The position numbers and the translations under genes were made by a program. Below are positions 37,798-50,322 of a stretch of DNA of 64,000 nt, in pieces. Where the stretch lies: positions 496,001 to 560,000 of the forward strand of contig AP026130.1 in the NCBI GenBank assembly GCA_030295235.1, read 5' to 3'. Source of the DNA: Fistulifera solaris. Its lineage: Eukaryota. Below the pieces are notes generated by a model that did no database searches, was not told where the DNA came from, and saw only the letters and a program-made list of their open reading frames with translations. Numbering within the stretch: position 1 is the first letter of the stretch; each line of letters begins with the position of its first letter.

Positions 37798-40700
37798 TCA
37801 ACTTTCTTTGTGGCTATCATCCAGAATATGACGAACTTTCTTCTTGGCTGGTTCGTCAACTTGGTTTGTGTCGACAACATTGATGCGGCGCTTCTCAACA
37901 ACGTGCTCCGTACTGCTTGTAGCAGGTCTAGTTGCTTCCCATTCGTGGTCAGAAGTAGCGGCAGTAACGTTGCTCTTTTCGACCTGTCCTTCCAAATCGG
38001 TATGCGCAGTACGATCATCATCGCTGGAACCATGTTGCGTGGCTTCAAGCACATTCTCAAGTGAAGTGGCGTGTGAGTCCGCTGCTTCATTTGTTGCTCC
38101 TAATGCTTGTTGCTGGGTTTCCTCTTCGTCGTCGCTTGCTGGCTCAAAAGCGTTGCAGACATCATCTGAATTTGACTTGACTTCGTTGGTCAATGATTGC
38201 TCTTCCTCATATTTCATTTCATCATCGGTGGATCCCTGTTGTGAACTTTGTTCAAGAACATTCTCGGAAGCGGTAGTCGACTGGAGTTCGCCTTCGAATA
38301 CTGCATGCGACGCGGAATCCTTGCTTGCTGCTCTTTCCTGTTCAAGCTCCGATTTGTCCTTGTCATGTCTTGGATCGCAGACGTTTTCATAACTGGCTGA
38401 TTCATATTTCGCTTCCATGACCGTGTTTTCCTTATAGTTTTCGTCTTCCTCGTCGGAATCATCATCATCAATCGATCGCGTTTGTCGTTTCGGACTGCTT
38501 TCAACCTTGGTAATTGCTTCACTATGCTTTTCAGATGTAGCTGTATTTGAATTGGCTTCTTTCAGCGTAACCTGCTCCCCTTTAAACTCCATTTCTTCAT
38601 CAGAATCGTCATCAATGGAGCGCTTCTGAGTTGTTCGTTTCGGACTGCTTCCAACAGTATTTGTCACTTGACGCTCGTTTTCAGAAGTTGGTAAATCTCC
38701 GATGGCTTCTGTCGACGTGCCCTGTTCCCCTTCAAAATCCATTTCTTCATCGGAATCATCATTAATGGAGCGTCGCGGAAATATTTGTTTCCGACTATTT
38801 TCAGCATTGTCCTTCGCTTCGAGCTCGTTTTCAGAAGTTGCCGAACTCGCCTCAGCTGCTTTCAACGTGAACTCTTCACCTTCAAACTCCATTTCTTCGT
38901 CAGAATCATCATCGATGACACGTTTTCGAGAGAGTCTTGTGGGATTGTCGCTGTTGCTTCCATTTGCGCCTGAACGATTTTCTTCGTTCGCTCCTGCACC
39001 TCGTGGGATACCCGAAGCCCCACCACGCTCAGTATCGTCATCAAACTCAGGTTCGTCGTCTTCCTCGTCCTCGTTGGCAAGTGCTTCAGAGTACTGACGC
39101 TCAAAGAACTCCTGCCTTTCAAGAAGAAGTTCGCGGTCGGCCAACATCCTGAGCTCTTCCGTGACGTACATATTGGTAACATGATCACAGAACTTATGTG
39201 ATAGCGGGTGCTTGAAAAGAGCTTCAACGAATAGCAACGGGTTCTCAGAAGCTAATTTTGCGAAATTCCCAACGGTCGTGACGCAAAAGTTCAAAACTGG
39301 TGTGAAGTCCTTGTCCTTGTACACACTTTTATCGTTGAGAATGGTATTAGCGACGTTCAGAAAATGATAATTGTAAAGCAAAGGTTCGAGCGTCACTTTC
39401 TTCGTGGCCAACAAATTCTGCGGGAGCCCTTCAGTTTCGTCCGGAGACGGTGCCTCAGGGACAGCTAATTTGACTTGCGCCAACCGAAGGAAGAACGACA
39501 CAATCCGGTGATTCACTTGGGGAGCATTCACGTGATATTGAGACAGCAACTGCGTATACATATGTACGGACTGGTTCGACACTATCTTCTTTGTAAAGTA
39601 GGCCATGACGTCGAAGCTAGCAGCAGCCGCTTTGAGCTTGTTAACGGTATCCTTTTGTCCTGAACGGTCTGGTTTCGAGAGGCCTTAGCGCTCAATTCGA
39701 GAAGCTTCATGGTCATGTGAATGATTTCCACAATATCGCAAAGATGCTCCCGTGTGTTTGTCCCTGGAGCCCATTTTGAAATAAGCTTCGGCAGACGATC
39801 TAAAGGGTCTCCGTTGTAAAACAAGCGATCCATTAAACCAACAGCCATAAGATGCTCCGTAGAATCCTCCGACTGATACATGATATGGAGGAGATGCATC
39901 ATTTCACTGAGCAATGCGACGGTCGGAACCATACGTCTGTGCTTCTTGTGCTGGTGAAACGTGTCGATAGCATTGAAGACCATGTTGAACGTAAAGATAT
40001 CCAGCGTAAAAATGAGCTGTCCCAAAACCTCTTTGGTCGAATCACTGCTGTCAGCTGTAATTGATTTGCGTCCCCCCGATCTCCACCACTGAGTTAAGAA
40101 CCACACGATATGGAAGAAGACGACTCGGTCATTATCTTCCAACCGAACCGAGTCCCTTCGGAATTCGTTTTTCAAACTCTTCATCACCGGGCCATAGCAC
40201 TCTTTCATAAAGCGCTGACAGAATTCGTCCAGGGTGCGGTGCGCGCGCTTGGAAATGGGACCGATCGTCAATCGACAACCCGATCGCGCGTGTACCTGCA
40301 GTGTAACAGAATTTCCCACAAAGCAATCCAACTTTTTACTTTTGCGTCGATTCACAATGAGTGCTGTAGCGTTGGTACTGGCAAACAATCCTGCGGATGT
40401 ACTGACATATTTCCCCTTTTCTCCGTGACGTCCTTTTAACTGGAGCGTCCCACCAAAGTTCGAATGTCGACTGGATACGGTCACCGCCAAAGCCTGTTTC
40501 TCGCGAGCGAGCTGTGCTTGCAGGGAACCGGGTTGACCCCGTCGCTGTTCCGGAACCGCCGGTCCCATGGATGCTTTCGCGACGGCCATGGGATCTTGGT
40601 TGCGAAAGAGATGGTGCAGCAATTCCATGAGTAACAAGTTGTACGGAGCGTTCTCTCGTTGCTCCAAATCAGCACAGAGTACATGAATAATATCCAAGAA

Positions 40701-41479
40701 AAGCTCACGTTCAATCAAGTTGATGAACTCGTGATGCAGCTGTTCGGATTCTTGCGCTTGATCGGCGGAAGCCAGCACCAGTGGCTCGGCTTGCAACAGG
40801 TTGCGAAAGAGATGCAGCACAAGCTCTATGGTCAGATGATCGTTTTCCGTACGACTGGTTCCTTGTTTCGCGAGAGGCTCCGCCAGAAGAGAAACGAAGA
40901 CCGATAAAACGCCTCCTTCATCATTTTGATTCGACTTGATGTGCGAAGGATGATAGCAAAAGGCGCGTTTGTAGTCCATCAGCGTCTCCGCCTGCTTGAG
41001 TGCATTTTCTCGGAGTTTAATTTGCTCTTGTACAAAGCTGTGAAGACACGAAGAGTGAGTTGCGTAATATCCGATAGTATATTCATTACCACATCACGAT
41101 CACACTCACAGGGTGCCTTTGTTCTTGCCACTACTATTAATTTCCATCCTCCCCGCCCGCACCGTATTTTCCGCCAGCGGTTTCGTGAGAATCACCAGAA
41201 TCTTACAAATGGTCAACACCAACGCCGTATCGTATCGACACGAGATCACGAGCGGCAATAGTTTTGTTCCACAACTTTGAGATCGCCCAAAAAGAGCGAA
41301 ATGGGTCGATAGAGATCATCATCGCGACGCAAGGCCCGTTGCAAATCCTGTAACCAATTCAAACAATCTTCGACCGGCACCATTTGACCTTCATCGGCGG
41401 TTCCCAAAACACCACACACGAGCAACAATTCTTCTACGACATTCTTATCGACCGTCATGCGCTTTTTTGAGGGAATCAT
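37798..41479 (-). CDS. TIMELESS: Timeless/Tof1/Swi1 replication-fork protection protein; intron 41038-41109, frameshifts 41262-41265 and 39653-39656
   Basis: ELLLVCGVLG...DCLNWLQDLQRALRRDD, LMDYKRAF, LVLHLFRNLL, NLLLMELLHHLF, SRHSNFGG, NPLLFVEALF. Confidence 0.88.
38440..38930 (-). repeat. About 150-bp (50-aa) tandem acidic repeat, 3.3 copies, in the Timeless C-terminus
   Basis: R.I.DDSDEEM.F.GE...TSE recurs near 38900, 38750 and 38600, with a partial copy near 38460. Confidence 0.85.
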
Positions 41480-41942
41480 GGTCGGGAGAAATTACACGGG
41501 CGGTGTTCTTGGCCCCTGCTGTCCTTGGAATGGCCGGTGGACGCGCGTTCCGATTCGCTGTTGACATTATGAAGAACGAAATAAGTCTTTTAGCACCTGC
41601 GAAGGTTCTTGAGTGACTACTGTTATAAAGTTCTTTCTTTCTTTAGGGTAAACGATGAAAGCAATGCGAATCGATTGATGTTGTTGCATCGAAACAAAGG
41701 TGGAGGGAAAAATGAAAAAGCACGGCCCACCCGCGCGCCCGCCTACCACACGGGTCGGCGCGCGACCTCTGATAGCGAGAGGTCACTCTGCGACAGCATA
41801 TACCCGTGTGACACCATGCATTGCGAACTACATTTCCGCTCTTTTTATCGCATTCAGATTAAACCCATTTTCGAAAGTAAATGAAAATTGCTATACATAT
41901 TTTATCCTCTCGGCCACCTATTGTTGAAACAGGAAGTGAATC

Positions 41943-43650
41943 ATGTCCTTAGTTGAAGATTTCAGTGAAGGCGACGACGATGATACAAGTGAGAACAACA
42001 GAAAACACACGAGCAACGAGTCATCATCGAGTATCCTTCCACCTCGCGCACACACTTACTTACCCACATCGCATCCGTTATATACTGCGCTGCAAACGTC
42101 AGCAGCTCGTGCCTCCAATATACAAGAGCTGGCCGTACTGGAATTACCGGGAATTGTTTTGTTTCCGGGATCGGTATTTCCCCCTGCGATTGTCTGATGC
42201 GGCTTGGGTGAATTATTTAGGGAAACAAATCACCATCAGTCGACAATGTCCCAGTCAAGCGGGAGACGTGCGACTAGGTATTTTGACCACCAAGAAGGAG
42301 CAGTCGCTAGATCGACGTTCATGGACGCGACAAGCATTTGGGCCGGATCGATTGCGGCGGCTTTCGATGCAATTGATACAAGAGTTGGGAAATTTGGATG
42401 ATCTGAGTGACGATGAAAGCAATGAAACGGATGAACCAATGATATCCCTGAATAATCAATTAGGCGATACTTCATCGACAGTTGATCCGCCGCCATCGTC
42501 TCTTCGTCAGCAACAAGATCGATGTGGTTACGTTGGTCGAGTAGGAACAATCGTGACGGTCATGAACACGCACGGAGATGAAGATGGCAACCACAACACG
42601 AGCGATTCGGCATCCGTATGGCGGAGTGTCAACGAAGATGGTCAACTAGTCCTCACAACACTGGCCATGAGTCGCTTTCGTATTCTGGGCTATTGTAGCG
42701 CCGACGATGAAGCTATCATGTACCAACGAGTTATACTTCAGCGTTCCTTTCGGAGATCCTTTTCGACGAATGTTCCGACCTTTGTCGTCGAAGTCATGGA
42801 CGAAAGGCAAGTTGAGATTCCCACTATCATACAAAGACCTATTGTGTCCTCTCATAGGTCAAAGCGAAAGAGGACACGGGACGGCGACATTATTTCATCT
42901 CTTGCGATGATTAGCCCCTTTCCTGAGTTCATCTACCGAAGAGTGTGGCCGTGGAGGCTCGTTTCACTGATTCAAGAGAAAATGGCGGCGAGTCCTACGT
43001 TTCAAGCCTTCCTCCAGTGTCTGCCACGACATGGCGACAGTGTCAGTAAAGAGCATACTGACTCAAATGATGCTTTGTGGGGAACATTCAACGAAGTAGT
43101 AGAAGAAAACGACCCGATTAAGTTGAGCTTCTGGCTGTCCTCCAATCTCCCTTTTTCTGAAAATGATAAGTATCGATTGCTGGAAATGAACAGTGCCGTG
43201 CAACGCCTCGAATATATTTATCACAAAATCAAAGAACGGACCGAACCCCTTCTTTGCTGTCAGTGCTGTGGGTTGCCTTTATCGCGGGCGTCCTCTATGT
43301 TTACTGTAGGAGGCGCCGAGGGGACGACAGGAGCCTACGTGAATGAACACGGCTTTGTGCACCAGACTGTCACAGTTCGACGGCTGCTATCGTTGAATCA
43401 ACGCTCAGTGGCGAGTCCCGATGGTACCGAGGAGGCTGATGTTGTTTCCTTTTCGGGTGGACCACAAACGAGAGACTCTTGGTTCCCGGGGTATTCTTGG
43501 ACGATAATGTCGTGTGCATTGTGCGACTCCCATTTGGGATGGAAGTTTCGTCTCGTCCAGAGTTTACAAAGGGAGAAAGAGTCCCTGGAGCGCCCTGATG
43601 TATTTTACGGATTGAGCGGCGCTAGTGTTACCATTGCTATACCTCAATAA
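41943..43650 (+). CDS. CRBN: Cereblon-like protein (Lon-N plus CULT domain); frameshift 42180-42184
   Basis: LPGIVLFPGSVFPLRL; CCQCC...YVNEHGFVHQT...SWFPGYSWTIMSCALCDSHLGWKF. Confidence 0.9.
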
Positions 43651-43802
43651 GAAGTCGACATTTGACGGAGATGCATACTTTGCTTGGAGTGCCTTGCTAT
43701 ACCTGGTACAATAATCGTTTTTAAGAAAATAGATAGTTTAGATGTTGTAATACTATGAACGACCCATTGACTCTAAAATTCCAAACAACTCGTAGTGAGA
43801 GT

Positions 43803-44875
43803 TCACTCACATTCATCTTCTGCTTCTCCTTCGTTCTCTGCAATTGCATCATAGTTATTGCCTGTCGTGAATGGGTCCATTATAAGTTCATCGAGATCCG
43901 TGTCATTCGTGTTGCGGTACAGCCAATAATGCTGTACGATGAAAATGATATCAAAGATAATGGATATTATACCAAGACAGAGTTTAGCAGGATTTCCAGT
44001 AATTCCAGCCCAATCTTTCATGTCCATCGAGTCCAAGACTAATTGCAGATCATTGAGTACGCCTCCATTGAGATCCAGAAGGATTTGCCAGATGGAAAAG
44101 CCAATCGTAGATTTTCTTCGGAGATTCAAAATGACTTGCGGGATGTATTTCGTTAAAGTGACAAGGATCTTGACGAAGGATAGCATGTAAAGATATTGGA
44201 GCCACGTTCCAAACTTCATCCCAACCAACTGGAGCAAAGGATAGGCCACGGCCAAGACAGAAACGACCGCAATGAAATAGAGAATGATTCGAGACGGTTG
44301 TTGCTGCGAACGCAAACCGTCAAAGTAAACAATTTGAAGAAACGTGATGGAAGCGAGTACGAACGAGTGCATGGCGAACGCCACATCGTTGCTTTGCACG
44401 GTGATCGGGGCACCATCGTGTTGTTCTCGGTATTCTTTTGCACTTCGGCGGAATAGAAAAGGGAAAGGTTGTAGATGGCATAGCAGGCAAAACCAAGGAC
44501 ATTCAAGCCGCAAAAGTCGGCACTCAAACCGAGCGTCGTTCGTCGTTTGAGATTGTTAATTACTTGTGGGTAGAAACTCACGCCCCACGCCACAAAGCAC
44601 GTGTATCCAATCATGGACGAAATGATGCGATAGAACGGTGTAGGCAGCGACTCGTTCTTGGGCATGAGGAGACCCAATAGACTCCCGCACACGGTCACGA
44701 ATAAGAGACCGAAGAAAATAGACGGTAGAGAGTCTTGATGATCGGTGATCGGCGACAGCATCCTTTCGACCCGCTGTCGAAACGCACTGCTTCTGTGTTC
44801 TTCCTGCCGCTGCCGCAGCTCTTCATCAACTAGGAAAGGCGTCGATGAAGTCGTCGGGGCCTCGTGAGTTGCCAT
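43803..44875 (-). CDS. CTNS: Cystinosin-like PQ-loop transporter; frameshift 44436-44439
   Basis: AWGVSFYPQV..N.KRRTT.GLS.DF, NDVAFAMH, KYIPQV..N.RRKST.GFSI.QILLD, GNPAK, QHYWLY. Confidence 0.9.
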
Positions 44876-45285
44876 TTTTCACGGTGTAATTGCTCTTGAA
44901 ATGTTAATGTTCTGTGTCTTCGTCGAAAACCTGGTTGTTGCTTCTTTTTGTGCGTTGGAGGGAGTTTAATGTGACAGTACCGGTACGATTCATAGAAAAT
45001 TAAATGCTGACGAAAGCATGTTTCGTGATTAAAGTGAAAGGAAACCGTGTTTGAACCACCATCTTGTCAGCGAAGGATTGTATGGGATGAAAAGTAGACG
45101 GAATCGATTCCATCCTGCATAGCGCTGTTGACTATAGTTTATTGAGTAGTGAGCGTTTCGGATGGCGTGGTTTGCCTTCCGTCTCTCTTTTTTTGCCAAG
45201 AGCCGTCCGCCTTCAAGACAGCGAGATATTTCTTTTCTTTCATTACGAAGCAAAGTTTGGACAACAAGAACAAAGAAAAGAAAAA

Positions 45286-48200
45286 ATGGTAACCGAATCC
45301 ATTAAAATCGATCAGAACAGGCTTCCCAGAACGCCGTCTCGTGACTTGCTTTCCAAGTCTCTCGACTATTCGAGCTATTTGACCCAGCAACCGCGGTACG
45401 TGCAACGACACTTTCAGTTGCACCGCATCACAGAATAATTCTCACTTTTAATATTTTCGTTAGAAAACGGCCTTATGCCCATCATGTCAGCGAGTTGTCC
45501 AGCATATCTCATGCAGGATATTTGCTGAAACGCAGCAATCGTCCGTATAAAATTGTGAACCCGTTTCCACGCGACGACCAAGAAGTCAATTTCAAATACG
45601 GAGGTCCTCGATTAAAACCGATTCTGTCGTCGCGGATCGAACTATCGGCCATTGACGATACCCTACCGCGACAGTTACTACTGATACCGCACGAAGAGAA
45701 TACAGTGCCGCATTTGTCAGAGACAAATGAAACTGAAAAACAGAAATGTTTCTACGAACAATCCACATGATGCCTTGGACCAAACACTACAATTCGCTGC
45801 ATCCTTTTTCGGTATACCGTTTGATCTTTTACCGAAGAATCAAGCAAAGGACGTGGACTTTGACGATGATGATTTGACATCACCGTTCGGAGATCCTTCA
45901 TCCCCTCCAACAACCCGCAGCATACCGATCCGAACGAAGAATCATCCCGAACCCGATACTGAACGACCGAGTCCGTTTCGTTTTTCATTTAGTTCATCAC
46001 AGTCCGAAGAACTGAAACATTTGGAGCACCGATCTCTCTCCGATTGCAGTCACCCGGGCGATTTTGTTGAAGACGATGGTCATATTTGGCGGGCGAGGTA
46101 CTGCATTTTAGAGGATGGAGTTTTGTACTTTTACCGACATCAGCAAGATGCCGAATCACCGGAAGCTCGCTTGGAGCGTCAACAAAAGAAAGGAGGGGAC
46201 GAAGCATCAAAACCATTGCCTTTGGGGTACAGCCCTATTCCCACAGTATATGCAAAAAGACCGGGAGGACACACAGGGTTCAAATTTGTGGGAAAAGCGT
46301 GTTGCTCTCAACTGTGTTGGAGCAGTACGTTCGGCAGAGTTTGAATACGGCAAAAATTCGTTCGAGCTCGCCGCGGTGGATGACGAAGGGGAAGAAAACG
46401 ACACGAAACTTGTTTTGCGCGCTCAGAGCAAAGAGGAAATGAATCAGTGGATGTTTCAGTTTCACTGCTCTATTCAGACGTATATTATGGGCATTATGGA
46501 TCATGTGGCTCCCTCACTAGGCGACATTCATCACCCATCTTTGTCGATATTAAAGGGGAAAGGTAGTAGTGATGCGAAAGGGGATGAATCGCCCAAGCGA
46601 TACTCCAGCTCTGCCTCCGTAGCACTCAGTCCGCATTCCCGGTGCAGCACAGGAGTTGGAAGTCTACCTCCACTGTCACACGGTCATGGACGAAACTCAA
46701 TGCATCGACGCCGTGCAAGGGATAAAGAGAGCGATCACATCAATATTGCCTCTTCCGTTCCCAATACGCCACTGTTGGCATCGATTCTCAGTCAACACAA
46801 ACGATCACTCGGTGAAGAGCCTAACCTTTCTCAGACAAGCCGACTTGTGACTCCCAGTCCTGTGACAGCGTCCCCGCTGCCAGCAAGGATTCCTTTGGAG
46901 AGCAGCTCACCTGAGCTCTCAGCGCCACAGACTGCTTGCCCGGAAACAGAGCATCCAATACCGAGTAAAAAATACGTTCCGCCACATTTGCGCAATCAAA
47001 CAGATTCAAATAAATACGTTCCGCCTCATTTGCGAAATAGAGATGAAGCTGTCCCTAACCGTAACGAAACGAGAAGGCCACAGTCGAAGGACTACGTGCC
47101 ACGGCATCTTCGGAAGACGCCGGTTGATGTCGAGCACACTACTGTGTGCTTGTCTCTGGAGGACCGTGCAGCTAGTCTTTCCATCGCCGTGCCAGATGAT
47201 AACGTAAAAGCAAGTGTTTTTGCTTTTGAGGCCAAAAATATCGCGCAAAGTTTTCAGCGTGATTTTAAATTGGGCGGATGCGCGGACCCATCCGTCATCG
47301 CCGGCTCCATTTTAGATGGCGAGTTCATACCGCGAAAGGCCTCGCGGCTTGGGAAAGTTCATACGGCTCCCTACGGTTGCACTTCGAAATCGAGCACATA
47401 TTCTTCGCCTACAGCCCCTGGACTTCGTTGGGAAATAGGCGCCGTGTCGGAATGCGGTGTCAGAGACTCCAACGAGGATTCGTATCTGATTGTCAGTGAT
47501 GTACTCGAGGCGTTTAAGGTTCTTTCATCAACCGAAGAAACTATCTGGGGTGAATTTGGAGATCATATTCCGGGGCTTTTTGCTATCTTTGATGGTCACT
47601 GCGGCAACCACGCTGCTCGTTATTCAGCTGAAAAGCTCATAGAAAACATTCACAGAAAGTCGATAAGGGTTTCAGCTCAAGATGCCAGTCAATTGTCGGA
47701 AGTCATAAGTGGAATCATTGAAGAAGCAATTTTTTGTCTCGACGATGACTTTTGTAATACTTGCGTCCAGGACGGAAGAGAATGGGATTCAGGTGCTACG
47801 GCGGTGATTGCTGCAGTCATCAACCAGAATTTAGTCGTGGCTAACCTAGGCGATGCCCGTGGTGTAATGAGTCGATCTGTTGATAGCAACGACAAAGCCA
47901 AAGATCTTTACCAAGAAGGATGGAATGAGATTCCAATCCCTGACCAGTTGTGCAGCAGACGCTGTTTTTGGAAAGATGTCACAGACACGCACAGTCCAGA
48001 TCGAAACGACGAGAGGCTGAGAATCCAGCAAGCCAACGGGTGGGTTACAACCGAGCAAGAAATTCCCATTTCCCAGCTTAAGCGTTTGGTGCTTGACGAT
48101 CAAGATGTCGTTGACATTTTGAAACGATGCTTTGCTGATCGCTTTCAACCGTCCCCAAGAGCAGCTGCACCCCAAAGAATCATTCGAATAGCAAGAGTGT

Positions 48201-48701
48201 GTGGTGAATTGGCTATATCTCGCGCCATCGGAGACCGGGATTTCAAAGCCCGTTACAATAGCACAGGCAAAGACAATCAAACCTGGGATGGATCCATGTT
48301 TTTGCCCTACCCGGATGACCATAACAGATCTTTCACTGGAGATTTGGTGAGCAACCAGCCTGAATTTCAGTCGTTTCGTCTGGGCCAAGAAGGAATACAT
48401 GATGAATTCTTGCTCCTGGCCTGCGACGGACTGTGGGATGTAATAGATTCGGATGATGTAAGTACCGAGTGCTAGGGGTATAGCTTATGAAGATGACAGC
48501 TCAATTCTCACTCTGCATCTTGTTTTTCAGGCCATCCGAGTCACTCATGATTTGTTGTTCGAAAAGAAGTGGCCCGCAAAGAAGGCAGCCGCCCGTTTGG
48601 CGGAGCTCGCAATCCACCTTGGATCCTCGGACAACATCACTGTCATTGTTGTACGCTTTTTCCATGGTCCTGACCGATATTCAGACAATCATGATTCATA
48701 A
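45286..48701 (+). CDS. PH-domain plus PP2C (PPM) protein phosphatase; introns 45396-45463 and 48458-48530, frameshifts near 45738 and 46241
   Basis: PH motifs HAGYLLKRS, WRARYCILEDGVLYFY, LVLRAQSKEEMNQW. PP2C motifs RDSNED, FDGHCG, NLGDAR, LAISRAIGD, LACDGLWD, GSSDNITV. Confidence 0.88.
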
Positions 48702-49107
48702 CGATCAGAGTATATTTTGTGTTATTGTGTATTTCTTGTTTTACCAATTTCGTGGCCTTCTGCCCTATGTCAGCGGCTCCATAATCTAGTCTAGAGATTT
48801 TTGGAAATGGCTGCACTAAAGAGAGTAAGTCGCGTAGATTGGATTATGGTTAGACCGTTGAGGCAAAGCTCACGAGGATTGAGTCTTGACCTTCCGGGAC
48901 TGGAGCTACAGGTCTTCATGGTTTAAAACCGAGAATCTCTGTTCGTATGAAAGACTTCATGCGAGGGGCCATAAAGAAACGTAGTAAGTTTTTAGATCAT
49001 GGCTTACCAGTAGCACTTATCGATCATCAAATCACAACAAACGTGTTCATGTTGGTTCATAGACTAGTTCATAGCTCATAGCATCCATCGGTGCACGTAC
49101 CAACACT

Positions 49108-50322
49108 GGGCAACCACTCCATGCTGGTGGACCTTTTTGGATTTTTATTGCTCGCGAGCGAAGCGAGCATGGGCAGACGCCGAAAGGCGTCTTTTCTCAA
49201 TAAATTTTCGCATTTCGTCGCGTTCGCACAAAACTGCGTTTCTCAATAAATTCTTTCATCGCCATCGACAACAAACTAGCGTTTTTAATTGAATTTCGCG
49301 AAACTATAGCTCTTTTTCAGCTCAAAACTCTTTCGTATGGATATGCGGTTTATACATGAGCCGTTTCTTGACGATCCTTGAGGGTAAGAGTGTTGATTTG
49401 TCGATTTTTAGGTCTTGCCGGCGATCGGAAAATCACTATCGATGGACAAAACATTGCCGGCAAAAGCTCTCCGAACGCCGGGAAACATATTGTCGCAATT
49501 TTATGACAATCTTCAAAAGCCTGTTGCTTCGCTCTCACCGTTCTCGCAAGAAAAGGCTTCTTTATCGTCTCATTCTTGCAATTCGATTTTCGCATCAACA
49601 TTTTCTTTCTCCTGGCGTCGAAGCACCAACTTCGCACGAGCATCGGAACCGCTTAAATTCGATTATGTATGTCTCCATAGTGAAAAATATTGAATATTAA
49701 GTATCTATTAGCAAAAGATCATCTATGTTTCCTCTGATAAATCATTGTCGGGACCAAACTAAGGATTGACTTTCTACGCGAAAATCGCTTCATGCCTTGC
49801 GGAATCGACTTCAACTGCACGCTCGCCGGATTTAAGTTTCCATTCAGAGTTCTTAATTTTAAGACCAGAGATTTTGCGGAGGTTTAAGGCAAGCTACAGG
49901 CCGAGAAAAAAAAAATAAAGGGCAACCCGGCCAATTCCGAAAAGATACCGCCGCTGTCTTTCCATGAAGCTTTTTTGATCGCTGCGTACGCGGTTAAGAC
50001 ATGAACTACTATTGCTCTTCATTTGAATCCACAGAATATGAAAATCGCTGGTTTTTGCAACAATAGCTTGATCCAAAAAGTGACGATGGATCCTCATTTT
50101 TGACCCGCCCGCCCGGATCGCGTACAGACGCTCTAAAAGTCGCTTTTGGATAACGCATTCTGATTGGTTGGAGCTTTTGGACTTTTTTGGATGAAAGCCA
50201 TCTGATTGGCTGCATCCAAAAAGTTTTTTGGATGGCATGTCGCTTTGGTATGTCTGCTTCCTAAGTAAATCCAACGACGGACGGTCCAAAAGGTCCACCA
50301 GCATGGAGTGGTTGCATGACCC
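49108..50322. mobile_element. Non-autonomous inverted-repeat element, copy 1 (1215 bp)
   Basis: Starts GG-GCAACCACTCCATGCTGGTGGACCTTTTTGGA and ends TCCAAAAGGTCCACCAGCATGGAGTGGTTGC-ATGACCC. No credible ORF. Confidence 0.75.
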
